Shown: one piece after another, positions 29,646-40,391 of the stretch
Layout of the letters: the number at the start of each line of letters is the position of its first letter
Numbering within the stretch: the stretch's first letter is position 1
Origin: Sedimentisphaerales bacterium
GTDB lineage: Bacteria; Planctomycetota; Phycisphaerae; Sedimentisphaerales; SM23-30
NCBI GenBank assembly: GCA_963662515.1
Contig: OY759675.1
Location: 302,405 to 366,404 of the forward strand
Length of the DNA stretch: 64,000 bases
Direction of reading: 5' to 3'
Made by a program: the position numbers and the translations under genes
Notes under the pieces: generated by a model
Told to the model about the DNA's origin: nothing
Database searches by the model: none
What the model saw: only the letters and a program-made list of their open reading frames with translations

Positions 29646-30521
29646 ATGTTCAGCCGAGAGCCAAATAAAGTGTCTTTACATCTTTCGCATACCGCCGCAC
29701 TGGCTATACTCTGGGGTGAGAGTGTCTATCGCGACAGGTATGCCCGTCAGTATCTTCAGCGTCTTGACCTTAGTGAAGGTCAGATTCTTATGGAGTCTTG
29801 CAATGCTATTTGTCCCTGGTATTCAGAGATAATTGTAAATCGCAAGTTTTATATTCGCAAGTTGCTGGAGCAGTATTATCGTCGGGCAAAGGGTGCCTTT
29901 CAGTTGATCATACTGGCTGGTGGGGCAGATCCGCTTTCATTGGAGGCTTTAGACCGTTTTGGAGATAAACTTGATCGTGTTATTGAAGTTGATATAACCG
30001 ATTTTACTGCAAAGCAATATGTCATGACCGATATTGCCCCGGAGCTGGCTAAGCACATCCATTTTATTCAGGCTGATGTTCGTGACAGGGAGCTGATAAA
30101 GAAGCTGGAAGTTTTTGGCGACTACGATCCGGAGAAGCCGGCATTTGTAGTGGCAGAGGGCCTGAGCTATTTTCTCTGCAAGGTCGAATTAGAGCGGTTA
30201 TTATTTGAGTTCAGCTCTGCGAAAAAGCATAATATGTTCGTTATGGACTATTTGCTTTCTGATATGCATATTGGCGCTGAATATGTGAGTATTCCCCGCC
30301 AGATAGTTGAGGCAGTAATGAGCTATATATCTGATATGCCTAATCATTATCATTATCAATCATACAGTCCCGAAGAGATAACACGCATGTATGAGAATAA
30401 TAATTGCTATACCAGTTGTTTTTATCCTCAGAGTATTATGGAGCATTGCCGTAAGGGTATTTATGCTTATTTCCACCCGGATAATGATGGTTGGGTGGCT
30501 CTTTCAGCCGGTAATGTCTGA
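29646..30521 (+). CDS. Class I SAM-dependent methyltransferase, leucine-carboxyl-methyltransferase-like
   Basis: Start revised to ATG 29646 (GGAGGG). IILAGGAD, IEVD, FIQADVRD, VVAEGLSYFL, VMDY. Confidence 0.7.
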   Translation: MFSREPNKVSLHLSHTAALAILWGESVYRDRYARQYLQRLDLSEGQILMESCNAICPWYSEIIVNRKFYIRKLLEQYYRRAKGAFQLIILAGGADPLSLEALDRFGDKLDRVIEVDITDFTAKQYVMTDIAPELAKHIHFIQADVRDRELIKKLEVFGDYDPEKPAFVVAEGLSYFLCKVELERLLFEFSSAKKHNMFVMDYLLSDMHIGAEYVSIPRQIVEAVMSYISDMPNHYHYQSYSPEEITRMYENNNCYTSCFYPQSIMEHCRKGIYAYFHPDNDGWVALSAGNV

Positions 30522-30575
30522 GGGATTAACTTATCTCAGAGCATAATCATCTAAGGCAATATACAGCCAGCTATA

Positions 30576-32384
30576 TCAGCCGCGGTTTATTTCATTTTGA
30601 TAGCGTGATATAAGGTCGGCTCTTGTTATCATGCCGGTAAAATCATTTCCCTGTCGAACAGGCAGCGAGTTTACCCCGAATCTGCTGAACAGGTTGAGTA
30701 CATTGTCCAGTGTTTCTTGTGGGTCAAGAGTTGGTATGTCTTCTCGAGTAAGTTCGCCAGCCAGTAATAAAGGAACAGCTTCAGGCTGGAGCAAAGCGTC
30801 GCGAAGGTCACATTCATTCAGTGTGCCGCAATAATTGCCATTATGCATTATGACAAAGTCGGCGTGCTGATGACCGATAGCCAGATTAATAATGTCTGGC
30901 AAAGGTGTGTTATAGTCGGCAAGCAGTATATCGCGATGCATAATTTCCTGTACGGTAATATTTCTGAGCAGGCTCATATCGGTGATCGCCTGATAATTTA
31001 CCCCGCGTCTGGTGAGTTTCATGGTATAGATAGAGTCACGGCATAATAGTTGAGAAATGAACAGAGCGATAGTAACTGCCAGCATAAGAGGGAGCATAAC
31101 CTGGTAGTTTCTGGTCATTTCAAAGACGATCATAATTGCAGTCATAGGTGCGTGAGAAGAAGCAGCAACAACAGCAGCCATGCCTACCAGGGCGTAATTT
31201 TCTGGCTGAACAGCTGGGAAAAGGCCTGTCAGGTTGAGTGTCATGCCAAAAAGATTGCCAGTTACCGCACCGAGCATTAGGGATGGTGCAAAAACGCCGC
31301 CGCTGCCGCCGCTGCCCAGTGTGAAGCAGGTGGCAACCGTTTTCATTAGTAATAAGGCAATTAGTACCATGATAGAAGGTTTAAGCCCTGTTTCTTCGCC
31401 GGTGCTTGACTTAATGCACTCACTGATAACATTATAGCCATTACCAAAGATGGCAGGTTTTACACCGCCCATTAGTTTTACCATGATAATGCCGACAATG
31501 CCCAGCAAGGCAGCGCCAATTACCGGTTTGAGTATATAGTGAACTTTCACATATTTATCGAAAAAGTCTTCGGTTGCATAAAGAGCCTTGCAGAACCAGA
31601 TGGCCGGGAAGGCACAGGTAAGTCCCAGGAGCAGATAGAAAAAGGTTTCATACCAGTTAAAGCTAAAGGCTGAACTGGTCAGTGGGAATATTGCTGAGTT
31701 ACTACCAAGCATAGTACTGACAGTAACCGAGCTGATAACTGAAGCGATCAGAACGGGAGAGAAAGTCTTGAATTTAATATTACGAAGAAAGACTTCCAGG
31801 GCAAACAGAACTCCGGCGATTGGGGCATGAAATATTGCTGATATGCCCGCAGCCGCTCCGCAGCCGACAATAATGCTCATATTAGCCTTTTTCAGGCCAA
31901 GTAACTGACCAGTGCTTGACCCTATGGCAGCTCCGATCTGTATGATCGGTCCTTCAGTACCGGCACTGCCGCCTGAGCCAATAGTAAGAGCAGATGAGAT
32001 AGACTTAGCTATTGCAACCCTGCCGCGAATAATGCCATTTTTTCGGGCGATAGCGTCCATAACTTCTGGTACGCCATGGCCTCGAGCCTCTCTGGCAAAT
32101 ATATAGGTTATAGTTCCAACCAGCAAAGCTCCCAAAGCCGGCAGAATTATCAGGTAGTACCATTGCCCGCTGAAGATACCGTGAATATGTTCACTGCCAT
32201 AGCAAAAGTCATTTACAAATTCTACCAGCCAGGTAAAGATCAGAGACCCCAGGCCGGTGAGAATACCGATCAGCATGGCGATCATGATGAGCATAGAGTC
32301 TTCATTAATACCATATTTGCTGAGATGAGACAGTAAATTGCTGAATATGGTCGGTTTGCCGGTTTTATTGCGATTAAAAATCAT
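30576..32384 (-). CDS. ClC chloride channel / H+:Cl- antiporter with C-terminal CBS pair
   Basis: GHGVPE, GSAGTEGP (gating Glu), GGVFAP, Y in the C-terminal helix; CBS domains. Confidence 0.92.
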   Translation of the reverse strand: MIFNRNKTGKPTIFSNLLSHLSKYGINEDSMLIMIAMLIGILTGLGSLIFTWLVEFVNDFCYGSEHIHGIFSGQWYYLIILPALGALLVGTITYIFAREARGHGVPEVMDAIARKNGIIRGRVAIAKSISSALTIGSGGSAGTEGPIIQIGAAIGSSTGQLLGLKKANMSIIVGCGAAAGISAIFHAPIAGVLFALEVFLRNIKFKTFSPVLIASVISSVTVSTMLGSNSAIFPLTSSAFSFNWYETFFYLLLGLTCAFPAIWFCKALYATEDFFDKYVKVHYILKPVIGAALLGIVGIIMVKLMGGVKPAIFGNGYNVISECIKSSTGEETGLKPSIMVLIALLLMKTVATCFTLGSGGSGGVFAPSLMLGAVTGNLFGMTLNLTGLFPAVQPENYALVGMAAVVAASSHAPMTAIMIVFEMTRNYQVMLPLMLAVTIALFISQLLCRDSIYTMKLTRRGVNYQAITDMSLLRNITVQEIMHRDILLADYNTPLPDIINLAIGHQHADFVIMHNGNYCGTLNECDLRDALLQPEAVPLLLAGELTREDIPTLDPQETLDNVLNLFSRFGVNSLPVRQGNDFTGMITRADLISRYQNEINRG

Positions 32385-32551
32385 TTTTGGCTCTGTCGTA
32401 TTGTGTTGTCTTTTAATATTTTCTGCACTATAATACTATACCGTCACCTGTTAGGTGTCAACATAAGATATTATGTAAAGAACCATTTATCGGCTGTTTG
32501 AGCTGAAAATTTAATTATTCCAGTCATTTTGGCAACAAATAGTAATAGGCT

Positions 32552-33739
32552 ATGATCGGTATATCAAAATTATATTGCGGAACAGTAGAAGCATCTGATC
32601 CATTGCGTTATAGTCGCCATTCCGGTCGGCTGCCCAGCCATTTATTGCAGTTTTCTGCCGATAAAAAGCCAGTTGTGGTGTGGAATATAACCCGTCGGTG
32701 CAATCTTCACTGTCAGCATTGTTATTCCCAGTCAGAGAATCTTAGCTATGCAGATGAGCTGACGACAGAGCAGGGTTTTGATCTGATGGACGATCTGGCG
32801 GCTTATGGCTCGCCAGTGATATTGTTCAGTGGTGGTGAACCTTTGACCAGACCAGACCTGCCAGAGCTTATCGCTCATGCCCGGAGTGTTGGTCTGCGTG
32901 CTGTAATATCGACAAATGGTACTCTGATAAGCCAGGAGAGGGCAGAGGAATTTGCGTCATTGGGTTTGAGTTATGTAGGAGTCAGTCTTGACGGTATAGG
33001 GCCGACCAATGACTATTTTCGCGGCCAGCAGGGTGCATATAGCAAAGCCCTGGCCGGGATCAGAAATTGCAAGGCGGCAGGGGTTAAGGTAGGTCTTCGC
33101 TTTACCATACATAAAAATAATATTTCAGACATATCAGGTATATTTGATCTGCTTGAATCAGAGGATGTGCCGCGGGTGTGTTTTTATCACCTGGTTTATG
33201 CCGGGCGTGGCAGTGAGCTGGTTGGAGATGACCTTACTCATGCCCAGTCGCGAGAGGTGTTAGACCTTATAATGTCTCGTACGGCAGATATGTTTTCTCG
33301 CGGCCTGAAAAAAGAGGTTCTTACCGTTGATAATCATGCCGATGGTCCATATATCTATCTGAAGCTATTAAAAGAAGGTAAAACAGACCGTGCAGCAGAA
33401 GTTATGAAATTGCTGGAAATGAACGCCGGCAATAGTACCGGTCTGGGTATAGGTTGTGTCAGTTGGGACGGCTCTGTTCACCCCGATCAGTTCTGGCGAC
33501 ATGAAACATTGGGTAATGTAAAAGAACAGAAATTTTCTGAGATATGGTCAGGTAACCCAGGTGGATTACTCGATAAATTGCGAAATCGCAAACAATATCT
33601 GACAGGTCGTTGTGCTCGATGCCGCTTTTTGGGTGTTTGCAATGGCAATTTTCGAGTTCGGGCCGAAGCCACTACCGGCGACCTCTGGCAGCCGGACCCG
33701 GCTTGCTACTTAACTGATGAAGAGATCGGTATTGTATGA
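32552..33739 (+). CDS. ahbC: Radical SAM/SPASM protein of the AhbC (NirJ1-like) family, siroheme-dependent heme route
   Basis: Characteristic N-terminus MIGISKLYCGTVE..D.LRY; KKPVVVWNITRRCNLHCQHC, DNHADG, VHPDQFW, CARCRFLGVCNGNFRVRA. Confidence 0.8.
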   Translation: MIGISKLYCGTVEASDPLRYSRHSGRLPSHLLQFSADKKPVVVWNITRRCNLHCQHCYSQSENLSYADELTTEQGFDLMDDLAAYGSPVILFSGGEPLTRPDLPELIAHARSVGLRAVISTNGTLISQERAEEFASLGLSYVGVSLDGIGPTNDYFRGQQGAYSKALAGIRNCKAAGVKVGLRFTIHKNNISDISGIFDLLESEDVPRVCFYHLVYAGRGSELVGDDLTHAQSREVLDLIMSRTADMFSRGLKKEVLTVDNHADGPYIYLKLLKEGKTDRAAEVMKLLEMNAGNSTGLGIGCVSWDGSVHPDQFWRHETLGNVKEQKFSEIWSGNPGGLLDKLRNRKQYLTGRCARCRFLGVCNGNFRVRAEATTGDLWQPDPACYLTDEEIGIV

Positions 33740-33888
33740 CGATGTTACTATTTATAGAAGCGTAGCGGCCTGTAATTTGTTTTTTTGTGAATAAAAGCAA
33801 AATACATTGTCTGATCTTAAGCCATTCTATATAATAATCTTTCCGTGTTAGTTTTCATTGTATTGATCTAGTTCAGAAAGGCTTATTT

Positions 33889-34932
33889 ATGAAAAGAATA
33901 TTGCATTTAGTTGTATGCCTTGCGGCCATGTTTGTTTTTGTCGGTTGTCAGAAAGATGATGGCGCAGCAGAGACAGCCAGCGGTTCTGAAAGTATAAATC
34001 TCACTTATAGTGTGTTTTTCCCACCAACTCATGTTCAATGTCAGGCAGCTCAGGAGTGGGCTGATGAAATATCTGCCCGTACTGAAGGGCGGGTAAAAAT
34101 CGCTGTTTTCCCTGCCGGGTCGCTGACAAAGGCTCCGCAATGCTACACAGGCGTAGTTGATGGTATCTCAGATATTGGTATGAGTTGTTTTGCCTATACT
34201 CGCGGCCAGTTCCCCTTAATGGAGGGGTTGGATCTGCCTTTGGGCTATCCAGATGGGATGACCGCCAGTAAGATAGCGACGGAATTATATAATAAGTATC
34301 AGCCGGCCGAGCTTAACGATGTTAAGGTTTTGTATATTCACGCGCACGGGCCGGGAATACTGGCATCAAAAAAGGAAGTCAGTTCATTGGCAGATCTGAG
34401 TGGAATGAAGGTAAGGGCGACAGGTCTTTCTGCCACTATTGTTGAGAAGTTGGGTGCTATTCCAGTGGCTATGAGCCAGGGAGAAACATATGAGGCCTTG
34501 CAAAAGGGCGTGGCTGAGGCTACTCTTTGTCCGATGGAGACTCTTAAAGGTTGGAAACAGGGTGAGGTTATCAGTGCCGTAACTGATTCATCTGCTATTG
34601 GCTACACCACGGCAATGTATGTGGTAATGAATAAGGGCAAATGGGATTCACTGCCTGATGATATAAAGCAAGTGTTTGAACAGGTGAGTATGAAATGGGT
34701 AGAAAAGCACGGCGTAGCCTGGGACAAAGCCGACATTGAAGGCCGGGCGTTCGTTGAATCGCTGGATAAGAAGTTTATTGAGCTTAGTTCAGAAGAGCAG
34801 GCCAGATGGGTAGAGGCCGTTAAGCCGGTGATAGATGATTATATTAAAGTTACCACTGAAAAGGGCTTGCCCGGTCAGGAATTTGTAAATGATATTAAAG
34901 AAATGATAATATCTTCCGGATCGGTTAATTGA
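33889..34932 (+). CDS. dctP: TRAP transporter substrate-binding protein (DctP family), lipoprotein signal
   Basis: FVG-C lipobox; [21 protein letters not shown]. Confidence 0.9.
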   Translation: MKRILHLVVCLAAMFVFVGCQKDDGAAETASGSESINLTYSVFFPPTHVQCQAAQEWADEISARTEGRVKIAVFPAGSLTKAPQCYTGVVDGISDIGMSCFAYTRGQFPLMEGLDLPLGYPDGMTASKIATELYNKYQPAELNDVKVLYIHAHGPGILASKKEVSSLADLSGMKVRATGLSATIVEKLGAIPVAMSQGETYEALQKGVAEATLCPMETLKGWKQGEVISAVTDSSAIGYTTAMYVVMNKGKWDSLPDDIKQVFEQVSMKWVEKHGVAWDKADIEGRAFVESLDKKFIELSSEEQARWVEAVKPVIDDYIKVTTEKGLPGQEFVNDIKEMIISSGSVN

Positions 34933-34949
34933 GGTTTGATGGTTAATTA

Positions 34950-34977
34950 AAGGGCAGCCAGTAAAATGGTTGCCCTT
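34950..34977 (+). other. Intercistronic hairpin after dctP (possible mRNA-stabilising or attenuating stem)
   Basis: AAGGGCAGCCA-GTAAAA-TGGTTGCCCTT. Confidence 0.55.
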
Positions 34978-35008
34978 ATATTTTCAAAGGCAAAGAGAAA
35001 TTGACATA

Positions 35009-35506
35009 ATGGATACTGTCATAAAATTTTATGTTCGTTTTTTGAAAGCAGTGGTCATGGTTTTTGGGGCGATCTCTGCACTGGGCATATTGGTAATGGT
35101 TGGCATAGTTGTAGTAGATGTTATTTTACGCATGCTGCGTTTACCTGTTAAAGGTGCTTATGATCTGGCGGCAATAGCCGGCACAATAACGATTGCAGCA
35201 GCCTTCCCCTATACGACGGCGATAAAAGGTCATATAGCGATCGAATATTTCTTTCAGAAATTTAATCGTGCCGGTCGTTTGCTGGTAGATACGATAATGC
35301 GATTGATGTCGATAGTGTTTTTTATCTGTGCTGCCTGGCAGTTTATTTGTTATGGTAGTTCGTTGCGTGCTTCTGGTCAGGTGTCTCCGACATTGCAGTT
35401 GCCGGTATTCTGGCTGCCGTGGTTTCTGGCTGTTGTTTTTGTGGTAGTTACTTTGGTAACTGTCCAGCATTTGTTAACTCCGAATAAGGAGTTTATGAAG
35501 CCATGA
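35009..35506 (+). CDS. dctQ: TRAP transporter small permease
   Basis: Four TM segments; DVILR, GHIAIE. Start revised to ATG 35009. Confidence 0.88.
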   Translation: MDTVIKFYVRFLKAVVMVFGAISALGILVMVGIVVVDVILRMLRLPVKGAYDLAAIAGTITIAAAFPYTTAIKGHIAIEYFFQKFNRAGRLLVDTIMRLMSIVFFICAAWQFICYGSSLRASGQVSPTLQLPVFWLPWFLAVVFVVVTLVTVQHLLTPNKEFMKP

Positions 35507-36807
35507 CACCATTAGAGATAGGATTAATTGGCTGTTTGGCCATGATAATATTGTTAGCATTGAGTATGCCGGTGGCATTTGCAATGGCTATTGTTGGCGT
35601 GACAGGCTTTGCTGTATTGGTTAACCCTAAGGCCGCGATGAGTATGATGACCGTAGATCTGTACGATACTTTTTCTAGTAATTCCCTTACAGTAATACCT
35701 ATGTTCATCTTGATGGGCCAGGTCTCGTTTCATGCCGGTATAAGTTCTCGATTGTTTGATGCCGCATATAAATGGCTGGGCCGTTTGCCAGGTGGTATGG
35801 CAATTGCAACTGTTGGTGCCTGTACAGCCTTTGGTGCGATCTGTGGTTCAGGCCCGGCTACCGCGGCAACGATGGCCTCTGTGGTTTTGCCGGAGATGAA
35901 AAAGTACAAATATGACATGACCCTGGCAACCGGTGCTGTTGCTGCTGGCGGCAGTCTGGGTATGCTTATACCCCCTTCGGTAGTGTTCATTGTCTATGCT
36001 TTGCTTACAGAGCAGTCGATTGGTGAGTTGTTTATTGCCGGTATAATGCCCGGCGTTTTGATCGCCATACTTTTTTCGCTGTCGATCTTTATTAGCTGTA
36101 TTCGTCGGCCGGAGTATGGCCCAGTTGGTCCGAAGTTCAGTTTGAAAGAGAAAATTCATTCGCTTTTGGGTATCTCTGAGACTCTGGCCCTGTTTGTTCT
36201 GGTTATAGGCGGTATGTTTACCGGGTTATTTACTCCAACTGAGGCTGCTGCGGTGGGAGCGGCAGGATCGATCGTTATAGCAGCTATTCGGGGTAAGTGC
36301 ACCGTCAAGATGCTCAGGCGTTCATTGTTTGAGACTATGCGAACATCTTGTATGGTGATATTGATAGTTGCCGGAGCAACGGTTTTTGGTCATTTTCTGG
36401 CAATATCGCAGCTACCGGCTGAGCTGGCCAGCTGGCTGGCGGGTCTGCCTTTGCCGGGCTGGACAATAATCGGTCTGATAATATTATTCTATTTACTGGC
36501 TGGTTGTTTTATTGATGCCCTGGCTCTGATCATACTGACCACGCCGATCTTTTACCCTGTGATAATAGAGCTTGGTTTTGATCTGGTCTGGTTTGGTGTT
36601 ATTTTGGTAGTTGTTACCCAGATGGGTGTTATTTCTCCGCCTGTCGGTGTTAATGTATATGTTGTAAGCGGTATAGAACGAGATATACCATTACAGTCGA
36701 TATTTAAAGGTGCTTTGCCATTTCTGTTCATGCTGATAGTGGCAGCAGTGTTACTGATAGTCTTTCCTCAGATAGCTTTATATCTGCCGTCACTGGTAAG
36801 GCAGTAA
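35503..36807 (+). CDS. dctM: TRAP transporter large permease
   Basis: IPMFILMG, FGAICGSG.AT, GMLIPPS, TPTEAAAV, ISPPVG.NV. Confidence 0.93.
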   Translation: MTPLEIGLIGCLAMIILLALSMPVAFAMAIVGVTGFAVLVNPKAAMSMMTVDLYDTFSSNSLTVIPMFILMGQVSFHAGISSRLFDAAYKWLGRLPGGMAIATVGACTAFGAICGSGPATAATMASVVLPEMKKYKYDMTLATGAVAAGGSLGMLIPPSVVFIVYALLTEQSIGELFIAGIMPGVLIAILFSLSIFISCIRRPEYGPVGPKFSLKEKIHSLLGISETLALFVLVIGGMFTGLFTPTEAAAVGAAGSIVIAAIRGKCTVKMLRRSLFETMRTSCMVILIVAGATVFGHFLAISQLPAELASWLAGLPLPGWTIIGLIILFYLLAGCFIDALALIILTTPIFYPVIIELGFDLVWFGVILVVVTQMGVISPPVGVNVYVVSGIERDIPLQSIFKGALPFLFMLIVAAVLLIVFPQIALYLPSLVRQ

Positions 36808-36854
36808 CAGACCTGATGGATTTATGTGAATAATTATTTTGGGAGTATGATATT

Positions 36855-37331
36855 ATGCTCAGACATTATTTCAAAAAGGTTCTTATCTGTAGCGACTTTT
36901 CGGCTAATTCCGATTTTGCCTTTGATTACGCCCTTGAGATCTGTCAGCGTTCGGAAAGTACCAGCCTGTATCTGCTGCATGTCATACCAGAGGTAGATGC
37001 CCAGTTCTGGAAGACATATATTTATGAGGTAGAGGACGATATTGATGCCAAGGCAAAATCAGATATAGACAAGCGGCTTGAGCCGTATAAGCAGGCCGTA
37101 CCGGCTGGTCAGGAATTTCATATTGAGATCAGGATCGGAAAAGATCATCGTGAGATACTTGATTATGCCCGTGAGATATCGGCAGACCTGATCGTACTTG
37201 GCCGCCAGAGCAAAAATAGTTTCCAGAAGGCATTTATGGGTGATATAACCGAGAAGATATGCCGGAGTGCCGACTGTGCCGTTCTGGTTATGCCGGCTTC
37301 ATATCAACAGCGGCTTGATGGAAAGGGCTGA
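36855..37331 (+). CDS. Universal stress protein
   Basis: KKVLICSDFS, LLHV, ADLIVLG...GDITEKI.RSA.CAVLV. Confidence 0.9.
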   Translation: MLRHYFKKVLICSDFSANSDFAFDYALEICQRSESTSLYLLHVIPEVDAQFWKTYIYEVEDDIDAKAKSDIDKRLEPYKQAVPAGQEFHIEIRIGKDHREILDYAREISADLIVLGRQSKNSFQKAFMGDITEKICRSADCAVLVMPASYQQRLDGKG

Positions 37332-37493
37332 GGTAACCTAAGGTCTCTCATATAATTGTAATTGTACATGACTTACATCTTTCAAATTTTCATTTTGCAA
37401 TTATAATGCTATCGCCTGCCTGCTGGTGTGGACAACCAGAGGTGGTTATTTGGATATGTGTCCGTTATTTTGCTGTTTGCAGGTGTTGTTTGT

Positions 37494-37838
37494 ATGAAAA
37501 CATTTCTTATTACTGCTGCTATGCTTATCTGTTCCAATGTGTTTATGACCTTTGCCTGGTATGGCCATCTCCATAATATGAAGTCTCGTCCCTGGTTTAT
37601 AGCGGCAATAGTAAGCTGGGCTATAGCTCTGGGGGAATATCTGATCCAGGTGCCGGCTAATCGCATCGGGCATGAACAGTTCAATGTCGGTCAGTTGAAG
37701 ATCTTGCAGGAAGCGATAACTCTGATGGTATTTGTTCCATTTTCAATACTATATCTGAAGGAAGAATTCAAGACCGACTATATCTGGGCCGGCCTGTGCA
37801 TTATCGGTGCAGTTTATTTTATATTCAGAAGCCACTGA
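37494..37838 (+). CDS. DMT-family small membrane protein
   Basis: SNVFMTFAWYGHL, SWAIALGEYLIQVPANRIG, QLKILQEAITL. Start revised to ATG 37494. Confidence 0.88.
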   Translation: MKTFLITAAMLICSNVFMTFAWYGHLHNMKSRPWFIAAIVSWAIALGEYLIQVPANRIGHEQFNVGQLKILQEAITLMVFVPFSILYLKEEFKTDYIWAGLCIIGAVYFIFRSH

Positions 37839-38214
37839 AGGGTGGTTTGGTTATAATTTTTAGTGATAGAATAGCTAAAAATTTATCAATTAATGCCAAA
37901 TAGTGCATTTGCTATTTGTCGTTTAACCATTTGAATTGCAAGAAACATGCTTGTTATGGGACTAATCCGTTTTTCGTGAAAAAGTTTATTATTTTATTTT
38001 TGGAATAAAAGCATATTTATATGGCAGTAATGGTGTATTAATGTTACACAGCTAGCAATGACCATTTTTAACTGGCATAATCAACAGTTTCAGTATTGTT
38101 TTTTATGTTTTTATTGACAGTTTAATTTTCTTTGTTTGGGTTGTGGTCTATTTTCTTTGTGGTCATTATTAAATAATAAAGTAAAGCGATATTTTTGGAA
38201 CAATTTGGCATCGG

Positions 38215-38243
38215 TTAATTATTTCCTGTTTTATCGTCGAGAA
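38215..38243 (+). promoter_or_regulatory. Putative sigma28 promoter
   Basis: TTAAT 38215-38219, 16 nt, GTCGAGAA 38236-38243. Confidence 0.5.
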
Positions 38244-38339
38244 GAGTGGCATAAGGTATGAGAAGTTGTTAATGATCATTTCAGTTTTTAGTGATCATTT
38301 TATTTCATGCGTAGGTCCCCGTAAAACAGGAGTATAAAA

Positions 38340-40259
38340 ATGAGAAAGATGAAATTGAGTAAGAAGATGTACTATGGTTTTGGTGTTGTAGTTTTGTTGC
38401 TGGTTATTGTCGCTTATGTTGGCTTTTATTCTTTATTGTCGGCTCGAGATAGTATGGCGATAATGCAAAAGCAGGTAGTTATTGCTCAGGATGTTAATGC
38501 GATATTGACTCATGTGCAAAATGCTCAGGCCGCATCAGTGCGTTATACGCTATATCGCAATGATGTATATGATAAGCAAATATCAGATGAGCTGAGGTTG
38601 GCGATCGATAAGGCTCTGGTTGTCAAAGATAGTCTCAACTCTGAAGAGAGAAAGCAGGATACCGCTCAGGCTATTGCAAAGATCGAAGAATATATAAAAG
38701 CCAATCAGCAGACATACCAGACATTTCAGGCAATGGATAAAGCTCAACAAACAGGTGATGCTGAAATAGCCAAAGTGTTCGAAGCATTGGCTGGTATTGT
38801 TACTGTTGCTGAAAAATTCGTTCAGGATAATGTAAAGGAAGATATGATAGCGTTTAGCATTGTTCAGAGGTGGCAGGGTATTGAAAAGTTCGAGCAGGAC
38901 TTTTATGATATAACCCTTACTCTGAATGAATATTTAACAGAGCGGTCTTCAGATAAGAAATCTGCTTTTGTAAGTAAGATAGATGCTCAGGTTGCCGCAC
39001 TGGTTGATTCGCTTAAACGCGGCAGAGAGACGATGGCTTCAGATGTTACCAAGGCACATATAGATAATGCGGTGGCTGCCTTATACTCTTTTAAGGCTGA
39101 GTTTGATAAGTATGTCCGTTTGGGTAATGAGCAGGATATGCAGCGTGATACGGTATTAAGGCCGTTAGCTCTGGCTGTGGTGGATTTGGCTACTAAGGTG
39201 CGTGATGGTGTTTATGCAAATATAGATGAGGTTGAGCGGCAGTCAAATGAAGAGATAATAGCAACGCTTTATAAGATAGGCATCATAAGTTCTATAGCTG
39301 TTCTTGCTGGTATGGTAGTAGCATTTCTGATATCACGAGGAATAGTTATTTCACTGACCAATATTATTGCTCAGTTATCATGCAGTTCCGATCAGGTTTC
39401 TGCCGCTGCTTCGCAGGTGTCAAGTTCTTCTCAGTCTCTGGCAGAGGGTACTACAGAGCAAGCAGCAGGTTTGGAAGAATCGTCGAGTTCTCTGGCCAGT
39501 ATTACATCTCAGGCCAAACAGTGTGCTGAAATTGCAGATAATGCTAACCGGCTTGCACTGAGTGCTGAGAAAGCATCTGGCGATGGTTCAGTTGCTATGT
39601 CGGAGATGAGTAATGCGATAGTAGATATTCAGAATTCGGCAACAGAGACCAGTAAGATAGTTAAGACTATAGATGAGATCGCTTTCCAGACTAATCTCCT
39701 GGCACTGAATGCCGCGGTAGAAGCTGCCAGAGCTGGTGAAGCCGGCAAAGGTTTTGCAGTTGTTGCTGAAGAGGTTCGCTCTCTGGCTATACGCAGTGCC
39801 GAAGCTGCTAAGAATACATCTGGCATGATCGAGTTATCTATTCAGAATGCTAACCGAGGTGTTGATATATGCTCTCAGGTTTCAAAGAGTCTTGGAAATA
39901 TTGCCAATACGGTAACTGAAGTTGTAAGGCATATAACAGAGATAAATGAAGCCAGTCATGAGCAGTCTGATGGTATAAATCAGATAAGTACGGCAATGGA
40001 TCAGATGGGGCAGGTCACTCAGCAAAATGCTGCTAATGCCGAAGAGTCTGCCAGTGCCTCAGAAGAGCTTGAGGCACAAGCCGTACAGATGAAAGATATC
40101 GTATCAGAATTGGCTGCTATTCTTAACGGTTCAAATGATCCTGAAACAACTTCAGCAAAAAGCCTTTCTCCTTCTGATGAACTATATCATAAGATATCAG
40201 CAGGTAAAGGAGCCAGGGAAGTGAAATATACAAATTCCTCTTTACATTCTCTTTTATAA
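38340..40259 (+). CDS. Methyl-accepting chemotaxis protein
   Basis: Two TM segments around a helical sensor; [37 protein letters not shown]. Confidence 0.96.
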   Translation: MRKMKLSKKMYYGFGVVVLLLVIVAYVGFYSLLSARDSMAIMQKQVVIAQDVNAILTHVQNAQAASVRYTLYRNDVYDKQISDELRLAIDKALVVKDSLNSEERKQDTAQAIAKIEEYIKANQQTYQTFQAMDKAQQTGDAEIAKVFEALAGIVTVAEKFVQDNVKEDMIAFSIVQRWQGIEKFEQDFYDITLTLNEYLTERSSDKKSAFVSKIDAQVAALVDSLKRGRETMASDVTKAHIDNAVAALYSFKAEFDKYVRLGNEQDMQRDTVLRPLALAVVDLATKVRDGVYANIDEVERQSNEEIIATLYKIGIISSIAVLAGMVVAFLISRGIVISLTNIIAQLSCSSDQVSAAASQVSSSSQSLAEGTTEQAAGLEESSSSLASITSQAKQCAEIADNANRLALSAEKASGDGSVAMSEMSNAIVDIQNSATETSKIVKTIDEIAFQTNLLALNAAVEAARAGEAGKGFAVVAEEVRSLAIRSAEAAKNTSGMIELSIQNANRGVDICSQVSKSLGNIANTVTEVVRHITEINEASHEQSDGINQISTAMDQMGQVTQQNAANAEESASASEELEAQAVQMKDIVSELAAILNGSNDPETTSAKSLSPSDELYHKISAGKGAREVKYTNSSLHSLL

Positions 40260-40349
40260 CAATGTTTGACCTTCTCACTGCTATTATAATAGTAGGGTAA
40301 TGTATCTGAGTGCATACTGCGTTACTATTATAATATCAGAGTCGAACAT

Positions 40350-40387
40350 AGCCGCTGGTTGAACAGTTTCGATCAGCGGCTGTTTTT
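40350..40387 (+). terminator. Intrinsic terminator between the MCP and CPBP genes
   Basis: AGCCGCTGGTT/GATCAGCGGCT stem followed by GTTTTT. Confidence 0.7.
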
Positions 40388-40391
40388 GGTA

